Below are positions 27,755-41,199 of a stretch of DNA of 64,000 bases, one piece after another. Position 1 is the first letter of the stretch. Every line of letters starts with the position of its first letter. Where the stretch lies: positions 36,704,001-36,768,000 of the forward strand of contig OX597827.1 of assembly GCA_951406725.2 (NCBI GenBank), written 5' to 3'. A model generated the notes under the pieces. That model was given only the letters and a program-made list of their open reading frames with translations. It ran no database searches and was not told where the DNA came from. A program made the position numbers and the translations under genes. The stretch comes from Octopus vulgaris. Its lineage: Eukaryota.

Positions 27755-28459
27755 TGATTTGGAAAGCTGGTTCTTCTAAATTTCTAAATTGATGATTTTC
27801 AGGCATGATATTACCAAAATAGTAGCTTTTCAAAGAATTCACAAAGCATGCTGTGCCAACTGGATGTTTTCCTGTTACAAAAAATTATAATGACTCTCCA
27901 ATCCAAACTCTTTTTAATTTAAACTTGTCCTTTTTTCTGTCTTGTTTTTCAGGCATTATTATTTGGCAAAATGAATCTGTCATTTTTAGCAAGCTTTGCT
28001 TCACTAACCCAATAAATTTTTATCCAACCAAAATTAATGTAATTTGATGTGGGTGGTGGTGGAGGTAGAAGTGATGATGGTGATAGAAGTGTTGCTGTTC
28101 TTGCTTAACTTTAGATCAGACCTTAGGGCAGACACTAAACCATGATTATATTCTATGATTTTATGGCACAATCTATCTAGGATCATAACATCTTATGCTT
28201 CCTTCCATGTTGACCCATTAATGCCTGAAATGAAAAATTTTTGAATTTTTCTTACATTCAAATACATTGTATACTTTTATGGAATTTTGTGAATATTATA
28301 ATAATAAAGTGGTTTTTAGATCTGTATGATATATCATATGCTGGGCATGTAGGGTTAAAATTTTGAAATAAGGATGAAGTAAAAGATTTTTTAATGTCAT
28401 TTATTTGTTTACAAAAAATTTCTAATGACAAGTAAATATATTTCTAAGAGGAATACCAT

Positions 28460-30244
28460 TTATTGGTGAAAATGAAGAAAGCATGTGTCAGGAAATAGGC
28501 TTACATTGCATTTGATGCAAACAAATTTGGTGCATTTTCCACAAACTGCGCATTGCCTTTGAGTTTCAATTTTGTTGACAAGGTGGTCTCTGTTATCAAA
28601 TTGTGCCACTTGTGGAACTTGCTTCTTTGTTTTAGGATGTACCACTCTTTTCTTTTCTAAATTTGGTGCAGCAAGCAATGCAGTAACTATTTGCCTTAGA
28701 GAAATATTCCTCTGAATGTAGCAGCAAAGAATCCATAAATTTACAATGTTTTCATTGAGGTAAAATCTAAACAAAGGCCTGTACCATTTTCTTGATCGTA
28801 TTCTAATTTGATAATGACCTCTCAATTTGTCAAATAGGTCAACACCTCCCATTTGTTTGTTATATAGCTTCACGATATTTGATTGAAGTACAGATACTCT
28901 ATTTCTCTCAGATTTTTTCCATTGTTTACAGCTGCCAACATCAAAAACCTCAGCTTTCAAATTGGCCACAAGATTTACTTGGTTATTATCAAGCCATTTT
29001 GGCAGAGTAATTCCAATCTTCTTATCCTCAGCTACACAGCAAATGCCTCGCACAACTTTGCTTACATCTTGTAGCGGTGCCTTTTCTGTTCTATTATTTC
29101 GAATAGTCCCAACACAAAAGAGACCATTGTTTGATAAGGCATCCATCAAAGGTAGAGAAGTGAAATAGTTGTCAATATAAATGCTTGATCCTACTGGTAT
29201 AAATTTTAAAGATAATATTTTGCTAACTGAAGAACCAAGCGTTTTACTTGCAATTAAGAATCCATCTGGCCTGTCAAGGCACCAAAACTCAAAACCATAG
29301 CATATGGGCTTGCCTCTTATAAACTGTTTCATGCCATGATGCCTATAATAAGACTTCATTGCCTTATCAAGAGAGAAATAGCTACCCATTGGTTCTACAA
29401 ATTGGTAAAATTTATCATTTAGGTGATCTAAAAGAGGCCTAACCTTATAGACTTTATCGCAAGGATTGAGTTTACTGTTGTTATGGAAATGTAGATATTG
29501 ATGTATTTTCTCAAATGTATTTCTAGACATTGCATGACTAACTAAATTGTTGTTTAAATCAGATTTATTCTCCCAGTACATTCTTCTGCAGGGTAGTTTA
29601 TTGTAGCCTGACAATAGAAGAATTCCAAAATACTTGTAAAAATTCTCAACAGACAAAGTAAACTACAATTCTCCCTTTTGTACGGCGTATTTAATGGTTT
29701 CTTTGCAAATACGATTCATAATATCTTTAGAGAAGCACTCCTTGAAGACGTCAGTTGGCTCAAACTTGTCCCTAAATTTTGTTGTAATCGAAGGTTCAGT
29801 TACACTGGAATCACAGTTATACTTTGCAGAGGACTGTTTCAATGGTTTATTATTCCATTTGCAAAGACTTTCCTTTGCGCGTGAATAGCGCTTTTTAGAA
29901 GAGCTTGGTGTCACCTCCTTCTCTACATCAAGAACCTCAACACCAGCTTTACAATAGGCTCTAATCTCACCTTTCTCTGCAAGAATACCTCTACCAATGT
30001 CACATAAATTTGCTAAAGATTTTCTGCAGGCTATTGAAGCATCATCTTTATCTGAATCATTGCTATGATTTGGTGGATGAAGAACCAGTTGAAGCTCATC
30101 AGCATTATAAATTTCCTCAATAAAATATTCAGTATCATCACCAGATTCGATTATATTTAAGATTTCTTTGGTGTTTCTTTCACCATCAAGTTTTCTTATA
30201 GACATATTCAATGATCTAGAAATAAGAATTCGATATATATACAT
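28460..30244 (-). pseudogene. piggyBac (PGBD2/3-like) transposase, nearly full length
   Basis: Two same-frame ORFs (29663-30244, 28460-29656) split by one TAG; SLDKAM, IYIDNYFTS, YNKQMGGVDLFD, Cys-rich tail CAVC..CIKC..CFLHFH; possible 3' terminal ...ggcatgtagggttaa structure at 28210-28357. Confidence 0.93.
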
Positions 30245-30319
30245 TTCACTTGCACTTATGCAAACATTAGTTGGCTAGTAAACAGGCTACTTTTTATGAA
30301 GAAAATAAATAATAGATAT

Positions 30320-30620
30320 AGGAATTACCAGTAGTTGTTATTTCCACTTTCAGTTCACCTTCAACTGGGAAGTTATTAGGTAGTGTAATGGTTCTATTAG
30401 ACTGGTGACTGTAGTCAATATTGTGCCTTTTGAGGTATCCTCATTCTATGAAGGTGTTGTTTGATCCAGTATTGAGTAGCCCACAAATGGAATGATTGTT
30501 GAATTTGGTGTTGACCAAACCACAACCTAGTGTTTCCAAGGTTGCCATATGATGGATAGATTGATTTCTTCACTATCAGTTTCTTCATCTAGAGAGTCAG
30601 GTTTGTCCAAAGATATTATT
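30320..30620 (-). mobile_element. Gypsy-like aspartic protease relic
   Basis: ICGLLNTGSNNTFIE (degenerate LLDTGS) followed by RTITLPNN..VEG. Confidence 0.5.
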
Positions 30621-30912
30621 ATTTTATTCGTTTCAGCCATTTGACTGCAACCTTGCTTGAGCACCACCTTTTAGTCAAAGAAATCAACCCCAGCACTTAT
30701 TCTTTGTAAGCCTGGTACTTATTCTATTGCTAACTTTTGCTGAACTGCTAAGTTACAGGGATGTAAACACACCAGCATCTGTTGTCAAGTGATGGTGGGG
30801 TGGGGTGGGGGACAAACACAAACAAAAATACACAAATCTATCTATCTACCTATCTGTCTACCTATCTATCTATCTTTCTATCTATCTATATATATATATA
30901 TATCTATATATA

Positions 30913-30981
<69 letters not shown>

Positions 30982-33675
30982 GACAAGCTCCTTTCAGTCT
31001 ACCAAATTCACTCACAAGGCTTTGGTCAGCCTGAGGCGATAGTAGAAGACACTTGCCCAAGGTACCACATAGTGGGACTGAACCCAGAACCATGTGGCTG
31101 GGAAGCAAGTTTCCAACCACACAACCATGCCTGCTTAATTTTAGATTTTGAAGAGCTCTTACTTTTTGATAATCAAACATTGGCCCAGTGTCCCCTTTTT
31201 TGGCAATTACATATTGAAGACTTTGCAGGGCACCGACTTTATATGTTTGCTTATGATTTTGATGGTCCTGCATGAATAGTTCTGAAAGAACTAGCCAATG
31301 TGGTTGCTGCATATATTGTTTAGTCCAGTGATATTCATGTTTACATCTATTTACCGTAAGTCTATGAGGGTAGGGTTTGCATTTTTTATTGTTGTTATTT
31401 CATTGTTGAGTTTTATCCTTAGAATAGCTTTTCATTGGTTTATCAGGAAATCACTGATTTTAACTCTTTTACTACTTCTACTTCTAGAGTGCTGGAATAT
31501 CCATGATTTAGGACTTTAGAACTTTTAAATCTTAGATCTTTCCATCCTCCACTTTGTACGAATTTGTTTTGTTTGTGTTTATTATTTTTGTTGATCCATA
31601 TTAAACAGGTGTTCAAGGGGCATTCTATTAGGTATTCTAAAGGTGCTCTAGAGCTTTATTGTGTTGTTTTGTTATTCACCTTGCTTATTGTACTTCTATA
31701 TTCATGGTTTACTTTCTAAATGGCTTTAACTTTACTGTTTTTATTCTCACTATTGGCATTTTTGATATTTCTTTTGTTTGCTGCTATGTATCCTGTTTTT
31801 TTAGTTACCTTTCTGTTTGCTTCTTTGTTTTTTAAGATATGTCTTTTTAAACTATTGACTCTCCTTGGATCTAAAGTCACTTTTAGATCAAGTTATTTTC
31901 TCTCCAGGTATTATATTTGTATGTTTGGTAGTTTAGTGTTTCTTTTCTTTTCTATTTTGTGCTTTAATGTTGGTGTAAAATATGTGTGTAGTACATAATT
32001 ATATTTTTCTCATACCATTAATGTTTTACTAAAAGGAATTGAAGCATAAAGTCTAACCTTTTATCTAGATTCAGTTTGTCATTATGTTCCTCTGGTATTA
32101 TCTTAATTGGTTCAGTGTTGCAGAGCTTAGTATTTTCATTTTTAAGCACTTCTTATACATTTCATTCAAACTATGCATTCCTATTTTAATACTGGGCCAA
32201 ATGATATGGTTTTATTTACATTGTTTACCATTTTGTGTGCATGTGTGAAGAAGTGCATTTGCCTCATGGCGATTTGGCTTATTCTCCATTTGTATGTTAA
32301 CACATGTTAGATACTCAACCATGAGTACTAACATTAGCAATATGCTACTTATATGAGACAGGGAAAAAAGCAAAAAACGTTTTACTAAGTTAATGTTTTA
32401 CTAAAAAATGCATTGTTCAAGCATTTTGGTAGTTGTTTCAATTTTTTTCACTTTTTATATCAGTGATGTTAATGGATACCTCTTAGAGTAGTGAAGTCAT
32501 GGTACCTTTGTAGAACTGTGAAGCAGCAGTGTTTTTGTTTGATTTTAATTTCTTTTTTATTTTACTAAATTGGAAACTTAATAGCATATAAAAGAAAGAC
32601 AATAAATAATTATTTAATTTATTTATTTATTAGAAAGTCAGGCTAAGAGGTAGCAGGTAAAATCTGAATAATATTGTAATAACACCACTAAAAATAAATT
32701 TGAAATAAAAAATTGCAACGAAAATAATGTTCTAAAAAATACTATAAAAATTGTAAAAACAGAAATAAAAAAGAATTAATTTAGTTATAAACAATAAAAT
32801 AAATCTTAGGTAATTAAGTAACAGTCAAACATAAAATTTGTGTTATAACAGTTACAAATTTGTCTAAGTTAAAATATTTTAACATATTTATCATTATAAT
32901 AAATGTTATGATTTGATCACCTTGATAGATTTTTAAATTAACAATTATAGCTCAAAGACTTTGTCATCCAAAGATAATTAGTTCCAAATCTGTATGAGAC
33001 AGTTAGTAAGAAATAAAAACAAGGATTGGTATATGTTAATGGATATGTCAATTTCTAAGTGTGAACATGCTGCAGGTGAATGTTATTTGACAAAGAAAAA
33101 TAGTTGGAAAACTTTGTGCAGGATCACAATCATTTACGATGGATATGCTTAGTGTTCAATGAGTGCTGATTTAATTTTTCTGAATACTGATTAAGTGAGA
33201 CTTTTGAAAACTAGTAGGTATTTAGTAAAATGGCTTTGGCAATTTGTAGTTTTTTGTTTTGGTTTTGCTGTCTTTGCTGTAATCAAAGTGCTTTCCCTAT
33301 GTGTTTGGTGTCTTGTAGTGTTATTCCTGTATGTTGAATATATCTGTAAGTTTTGAAATTTTGGTTATGCATTTTTTTGTATGGTCTTCATTCATTCCCA
33401 AGGTGCCTATTGTTACTGGAATTGTTTGTAGCTGAGTACTCCACAGTAGCTGATGAGTCTATGGATACATGTACCTTTAGATTTTTTCTTAGATGAGATG
33501 CAATTCATTTGAGAAGCTTCTACACAGCCCAGTTTCATTCATAAAGCATGGGCTGTTCAATGATATAGATGCTATGCAGTAATGTCAAAATCAGGACCTC
33601 TTGATTACAGAGTGTGATATCTATACCATTCCTCCATTTTCTGATTGTATATATATATATACATACATACATACA

Positions 33676-33719
<44 letters not shown>

Positions 33720-33808
33720 TTGAAACACTTATATACTCTTATATTTTCATATATATATATATATATATTTAAAAAAAGGAGATGTCGAACACGAGTGGTG
33801 ATATATAA

Positions 33809-34110
33809 AAAAGGAAATGAAGAAAATGCTGACAAATAATTGAAGTAATTTAAGTAATTTAATTAGGTGAAAGTTCTTTTTACCGGTTGCGCATTTGTTA
33901 TGCTTATCAAAATATAAAAGAGAGATTAGAGTTCCTTTCTTATAGAATTTTTCCTCTTATCAGATAAGAGGAAAAATTCTATAAGAAAGGAACTCTAATC
34001 TCTCTTTTATATTTTGATAAGCATAACAAATGCGCAACCGGTAAAAAGAACTTTCACCTAATTAAATTACTTAAATTACTTCAATTATTTGTCAGCATTT
34101 TCTTCATTTC

Positions 34111-34115
<5 letters not shown>
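33809..34115. repeat. Perfect 152-bp-arm palindrome with 3-nt loop (CAG)
   Basis: 33809-33960 is the exact reverse complement of 33964-34115; flanked by (TA)n. Confidence 0.97.
34012..34047 (+). ncRNA. Hammerhead-like variant (U3-A8 core, GCAA in place of GAAA)
   Basis: TT TTGATAA GCAT-aacaa-ATGC GCAA CCGG TA AAAA; mirrored on the minus strand at about 33877-33912. Confidence 0.45.
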
Positions 34116-34182
<67 letters not shown>

Positions 34183-34435
34183 CTTGTCATCATCATTTAG
34201 TGTCTGTTTTCCATGTTGGCATGGGTTAGATGATTTGAATGGAACTGGTAAGCTGGAGAGCTGTACCAGGTTCCAGTCTGATTTTAACATGTTTTCTACA
34301 GCTGGATGCCCTTCCTAATATCAACCACTCCAAGAGTGTAGTAGGTGCCTTTTATGTGCCACCAGCATGGGTGTCTTTAAATGTGTCACCAGCACTGTCC
34401 ATGATTGTATATATATATATACATACATACATACA

Positions 34436-34501
<66 letters not shown>

Positions 34502-34799
34502 TTGAAACACTTATATACTCTTATATTTTCATATATATATATATATATATTTAAAAAAAGGAGATGTCGAACACGAGTGGTGATATATAAAAAAGGAAAT
34601 GAAGAAAATGCTGACAAATAATTGAAGTAATTTAAGTAATTTAATTAGGTGAAAGTTCTTTTTACCGGTTGCACATTTGTTATGCTTATCAAAATATAAA
34701 AGAGAGATTAGAGTTCCTTTCTTATAGAATTTTTCCTCTTATCAGATAAGAGGAAAAATTCTATAAGAAAGGAACTCTAATCTCTCTTTTATATTTTGG

Positions 34800-35160
34800 C
34801 CTGACAAGTCTTCTCAAGCATGGAAACTGCCAAAAGTCTCCATCATTTGTCATCATCTATATGAGACCCAACATCCAAAGATCATGCTTCACCATCTCAT
34901 CCCATGTCTTCCTGAGTTTACCTCTTCCACAGGTTGTCTTCACAGTTAGAGATTGGCACTTCTTTATGCAGCTGTCCTTCTCCATACACATCACATAACC
35001 ATACCTGCACAGTCTTCTCACTTGCACACCAAACCTTATGCCTCTTATGTTCAGTTTTTCTCTCAAGATACTTACACTCTGTTGCACACTGACATTGCAC
35101 ATCCAGTGAATCATAGTAGCTTAATTTCATTCAAGCCATTGCATGTCCTCTGCAGTCAAA
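34800..35160 (-). mobile_element. RTE-clade LINE 3' fragment
   Basis: LREKLNIRGI...RRLCRYGYV...GRGKLRKTWDEMVKHDL. Confidence 0.8.
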
Positions 35161-35467
35161 GACACATTAAAATTTTCTGTCATCTATCATAGCACATATA
35201 CATTTTAAAGTCATTTTTTAGTTAGAAAAAAAATAGGAAAAAAAAGTTTTTTCAGTTCTTTACATGTAATAAATGATTCTTAATACTATTATTAAATTAC
35301 AATAATTACCTTAAAATTTGTAGCTTGATAAATTTATACTAAAATATGGACAATATAGTTACAATATCTGTGCAAATATGAATATATATTAATGAATTTT
35401 TATTTATTCTAAGCGTATTATTACGCAATAACATATTACTTTCGTAATTGACACAAAACAAACACAT

Positions 35468-35985
35468 GGGATCTTTACCTTTTGATCGGCAGATTTAGAA
35501 AATAATTTTTTGTAACTAAACACTTTCAAACTTCGTATACTGGTAGAATGTGTCAGATAAAACATCTTTTACTCTTAGCGTTTTTGAGAAAAGTTTATAT
35601 TTACGAAGTTAATTCGTGTTAAAGTTGTCGTGTTTCGGTAATTTCAACGATTCAATGACGTGTATTCATCTGAATAAAATTACTGCTGTTGTTTGTCAAC
35701 AACAACTATCGGCGGTGTATATTTCGTTTGTCACTGTTATTTATGACATTGTTCGTGCGTTTGTACTGGTTTTAGCCTTAAGGTTTTAGGGTTAGGGTTA
35801 GGGTGTTAGGGTTTTATGGTTAGGGTCAGATACATTTAAGTAATATTATTAATAGGCCAGTAATTCTTATGTATTTATAAAAATTTCTGCGACCACATCA
35901 CCCCTAGCATCCAGCCACCTAACTCCCCAGACTGCAACCTCCTTGATTATTATGTGTAGGGTGCAGTTAAGGGAGAGGACAACGG
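35468..35985 (+). mobile_element. Tc1-like remnant with internal TTAGGG-like tract
   Basis: PPNSPDCNLLDYYV*GAV near 35915-35970. Confidence 0.65.
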
Positions 35986-36026
35986 TTTTTATTCAATGGG
36001 TTTTTTAATAACGTCTATTGCCGTTA

Positions 36027-36085
36027 ATAGCCGATGAGAATGCATCATAGCTCTTTGTTCTGTCATTTGAAACTACGAGTACTAT
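36027..36085 (+). ncRNA. Type I hammerhead, CCGAUGA variant
   Basis: ATAG CCGATGA GAATG-21 nt-CATTT GAAA CTACGAG TA CTAT; stems I and II pair. Confidence 0.7.
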
Positions 36086-36297
36086 AATGACAACTTACTC
36101 TTTGTTCTAAATTATAACATGTATAAATAATCCTCTATTTATCTAATATTGTGGTCTCATTCTTTTGTTGTCACATTTTATTATTATTATTATCATTATT
36201 ATAATTTTTATTATTTTATACACACACACACATATATATACATATATGGATGTTTATAAATATATTTATATAAATCCCCACACACATGCACACACAT

Positions 36298-36341
<44 letters not shown>

Positions 36342-37573
36342 CACATAGCTATCTATACATACACCAAAGAAATGTTATTCAGAATTGCGATCTGAATCAC
36401 GTCCAATAGCAGAAAATTGTAGCAAAATTATCATAATGGCAGCAAGAGGAACGGTCTAGAATCTGAAGACATCTGAATCAATAACAGTTGGCAATATCAA
36501 TAAGTTGAATGGATATTGGTAACAAATGGAAGAATCAAATTAAGAATATTATTGGATATTGGTTTCTCTGTAAGGAATCTAGTTGTTTTAGAGAATTTCT
36601 CTTGGTTTGATTTCTTGTGGGAAAGTGTATTTTTTCTTCCCCTCTCTCTAATGTCTCTTCTCCGTTCTTCCTCTCGTCTTTCTCTTACATTCTCTCTATC
36701 TCTCTTGCTTTTTCTTCTTTACTCAGCCTGTCTCTTATTTTAACTCTCTCAGTCGCAAGTCTGATTTCCTACGAATAAATATATATAATCATATATCATC
36801 ATTGTCACAAATCTTATCTCCACTTTTCTATGCTTGCATGGGTCAGATGGAATTTTGTTGAGGCAGATTTTCTATGGCTAGATGCTCTTCCTGTTGCCAA
36901 TTCCCACCTGTTCTCAAATAAGGTAATATTTCTCCATAACCAAACATGATTCCATGAAATATTTGGAATGAAGGACAATGCTTGCTTGATAGTGACATTT
37001 GTCAATAACTATCACATGATGTCATGGCAAGAAGACAGACAGACAGACATACACATTTTAGTAGCAGGACCCAAAATTTCCTAGCTTTATTAATACCTTA
37101 CATAAATGCAATCATATGAATTCAGTCTGTTTTCAATATATTGTTTTTAAAAGATGCTGACAATTTTCTATTGGTTCAGGAATATTGATCCTTTTAAAAT
37201 GGTGCATTCAACCCAGCAAAATTATGTACATATAGTTTAGGCTGAGCACCACAAAATACCCAAGAATAAAGAAATCAAGAACTAGAAATAAAATTTTACT
37301 CTTGCAGTTTAAGCAGAAACATGGCTGTGTAGTTAAGAAGTTTGCTTCCCAACCATAGACCCACCATGTGGCACCTTGGACAACTGCCTTCTATTTTAGT
37401 TCCAGGCTGACCAAAGCCTTGTAAACTGATTTAGTAAATGGAAACTGAAGGAAGCCCATTGTATATACACACACACACAAATACACAGAAATACACATGT
37501 ATGTATTATGTGTGTATGTAAATTTATGTTTCCTTCTCTTGACATCATATGGTAGTTGTGCATGAGTGTCATC

Positions 37574-39254
37574 CATCCCAGTGATTCTCCATTTGAGATT
37601 CTTTAAATGAATTTGTGCACACACTTTGTTGTGTGCATTAACAACTCAACCAACAGACCAACACTACATATTTATAAACACAAGGAACTCACTTAACTTA
37701 ATAAAATAAAAGGCGGCGAGCTGGCAGAAACGTTAGCACACTGGGTGAAATGCGTAGCCGTATTTCGTCTGCCGTTACATTCTGAGTTCAAATTCCGCCG
37801 AGGTCAACTTTGCCTTTCATCCTTTCAGAGTTGATAAATTAAGTACCAGTTACACACTGGGTCGATGTAATCGACTTAATTCGTTTGTCTGTCCTTGTTT
37901 GTCCCCTCTATGTTTAGCCCCTTGTGGGTAATAAAGAAACATATAATAATAAATGCCAAAACGAATTTCTGTGTGTGTCAGTGTGTCACACTTTGATCCC
38001 CTCTCTCACTATTCAATGACACTTCTACTCCTCTTTCTGGGGTGAGAGTAATAGTAGACATAGAGATGGTGAGGGTAGTAGTAGATTGACAGTTGAGATG
38101 GTAATGGGCTGATGGTAATCGTATGAGCTGTAGTTGTGATAGAAGCGGAGGCGACAGTGATGATGGTGGTGGTAGCTGAGGCGATAATAGTAAGGAATGT
38201 GAAAGACAGTAGTAATGGTGGTGGAGGAGAAGGTGGCGAAGTCAAAGGTGTTGGTGGTGGTGGCGTCAGAAGCCTGAATGGTGTGTATATGGCAGTTGTG
38301 GTGGCGATAGTGGTGGTGATGGTAATGGTTGAAAACAATTAACAGAGAGAGAGAAAGAAGTTAGAAAGAAAAAAATTGTACTTAGACCCCTCCCCCCAAT
38401 GGGAAGACAAAAAATGTTGTTTATCATGAAGCTTTGCACTAAGTTCCAAGTCAATATATTATACCACTGTTTTGACAAAAATTGTTCATTGCTTGAAAAC
38501 TATTGGTCAAGTTTGATAAAGTTTAATATGTACTCAATGCATGAAATGTCATTATTGGGCTCATGGCCCAATGAAGAGCCCTCCATAGGAGCTAGTTTAA
38601 AAGCCACCCTATCAGGTGGCTTTTAAACTAGTTTTCAATATTTTGCAAAACCCTACCTGGCCATGAGCAAACATTAGCTTGCTTGCTTGCAAACTGGGGA
38701 AGCTTTATGACTAGGAAGGCATCTGTCCATAGAAAATCTGTCTCAATAAACTTTGACCCATGCAAGTTTGGAAAAGTGAAAGTTAAAATGATGTTGTTTT
38801 CTATATTTTTGTGCAAACATATTTTTTTAAATATTACATAAATTCATGTAATTACTTGTAAATGAATTATTATTGTATTCTGTAACTTTTTACTAATATT
38901 TGATGCGATACTTAAAGGTCTTTGAAATTCTTAGTCTTTCTAAACCATCCAAAAAGCTGAGCTTATGAGCTTGTTGCAAAGATGATCTCTTTCATAAAAT
39001 TTCAAGCTACCTAAGTGTAAAACTGTGATTTACAGTCTGGAACGAACCATCAAGTAAAGCATGCACACATGCATGCACTACTAGAATGCTTGTACAATCT
39101 GTTAGTGGCACTGAAAATTGGTAAGACATCCCAGTGATTCTCCATTTGAGATTCTTTAAATGAATTTGTGCACACACTTTGTTGTGTGCATTAACAACTC
39201 AACCAACAGATCAACACTACATATTTATAAACACAAGGAACTCACTTAACTTAA
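37574..39254 (+). repeat. 128-bp direct repeat (37574-37701 and 39127-39254)
   Basis: One mismatch between the copies (gaccaac vs gatcaac). Confidence 0.95.
37710..37940 (+). mobile_element. Second tRNA-head SINE family, near full length
   Basis: aaggcggcgagctggcagaaacgttagc...gagttcaaattccgccgaggtc...aataaagaaa; decayed copies at about 4725-4840(-) and 25340-25540(+). Confidence 0.85.
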
Positions 39255-41199
39255 AAAGTCCTAACACTTTGTTAGCAACTGTCTTCAACTCTCTTAAGTA
39301 GAACTTAAATAAATTTCAAAGAAAAACGTACATACATGTATACTTATGTACATACATATGCATACATGCATACATTTACTTTTACATATTAAGAATATAT
39401 TGATATAAGCACCGAGATGTCTGGTGATATGAAGTTCTTGAGAAGACCTGTCCACGTCAGTGAAACTGATTTCTAGAAGCACTGTGTGTTCCATCCACAC
39501 ATAACAGGAAAACTTTTCACACACCCTACCCCAATAAACAAAGCTACATCTCTTCTCTTCCCTACATTTCATCTTTCATACACTATGCTATTTCTCACTC
39601 CCCGATCCTGTCCTCACAGCCTTGTTCACTGTATGATTGCTATCCAGTAGTCCCCAACCCCATCTATATACCCATGATTTCACCACTCACTTCATTTACC
39701 TACCCCACTCTCTACTCATGTTTTTTCGTTGGCAATGCCCTGCCACTTACCTCAAGGGTATGCCCTGGCACTTGCCATCACCTACTCTCTTTTCTCTTTT
39801 ACTTGACCATCCCATTTATATTATGATTCCCGCACCTTGTGAGTATGCCCAGCATTTTGCCACCATCTCGCTCCTGCTCTCTTCCACTCTGTCTCTCCTT
39901 CTGTTCTTCCCTTAGGTTGGGTAACCATGCATCTCTTTTACAACAGCACACCTATTTCTGTCCTCATTTCCCTCTCTCTCTCTCTCTCTGGCTGGGTAAC
40001 GATGTACCGAAACACCTGTTTCTGTCTCTCTATGTTATTATAACTTTTCATCATCTGACACAAGGTCACTTCCTCCAATGCCCCCTCCCCTCTCAAAAGT
40101 TCCTTATCTTGCAAATTACTTGGTAACCCTGCAAGTGCCAGTACCACTTAAAAAGTATCCCATCTACACTGTAAAGTGCTTGGCATTTGGAAGGGCATCC
40201 AGCTATAAAAACCATGCCAAACTGACCTTGCCTGTGCTTGTTGCACATAAAAAGCACTCAGTTCACTCTGATAAGTGGTTGGTGTTATGAAGAGCATCTA
40301 GCTGTAAAAACCCGGCCAAAACAGACACAGAAGTCTGGTGCAAGCCCCTGCCTGGCCAGCTCCTATCAAACTGTCCAACCCAAGCCAGCATGGAAGGCGG
40401 ACATTAAACAACGATGATGATGAAACAGTATGTGATGATATGATAATTTAAATTTTAATGTAAACTTTCAAGCATGTGTTTTTAGCAAGTATATGTTTTT
40501 TTAGACAAGTTGCGAAAATTAGCCATTGTGGTTAAAGCACAAAATTTTCTGTCTCTGGCCAGAAAATAGAGATCAGCTTCACTAGCTCCAGTATTTATTA
40601 CTTCTTTATCTGGGATCAATAACTCAGTTACTTGGTTACAGAAGTAATATTAACTTAAAGCTATTTGATTAATTAATTCCCATTGCCGGCACATGCACTA
40701 TTATGCAAATTAGGAAGCCTAACTTAATTCTGTCAGGCTATGTGTATTCTATAAATAGCCATAATCTAAACTTTTTCGTGGACAGAGAAGTGGAAGAGTG
40801 TCAGATAAAATGCTGGCAGTATTTCTATCTTGAGTTCTAATCTTGTCAACTTCGTTTTTTGTTATCTTGCCATGATCAATAAATAAATCACTGGAGTGGG
40901 GGTGTTTTCCCTCTTTTTGTTCTTCTCTTTCTCTTTCAGAATTGGTTGTGTTCTATGATGAGTTATGGGATATGAGTCACAGTACCTCTGTCTACAAATA
41001 CAGAAGAATCAAGGGACAATTTCTCAAAAAAAAAAAAAAACCCCATAAAAACTATTCATAGAGGGACTGAAGTGCAACACAGTACAAAATGACATATAAA
41101 AAAAAAAGATCATTAATGTGAACAATGCATCTCTGTTGAAGTAGCAACAAATACAGAAACTAGTCACATAGCTCTTCTATTACTGACAACAAAGTTTTA

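Larger units (their letters stand above)
33643..34797. repeat. Direct duplication of about 370-390 bp (33643-34016 vs 34402-34797)
   Basis: Same unique sequence apart from (TA)n length and one substitution (gcgcattt vs gcacattt). Confidence 0.93.
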
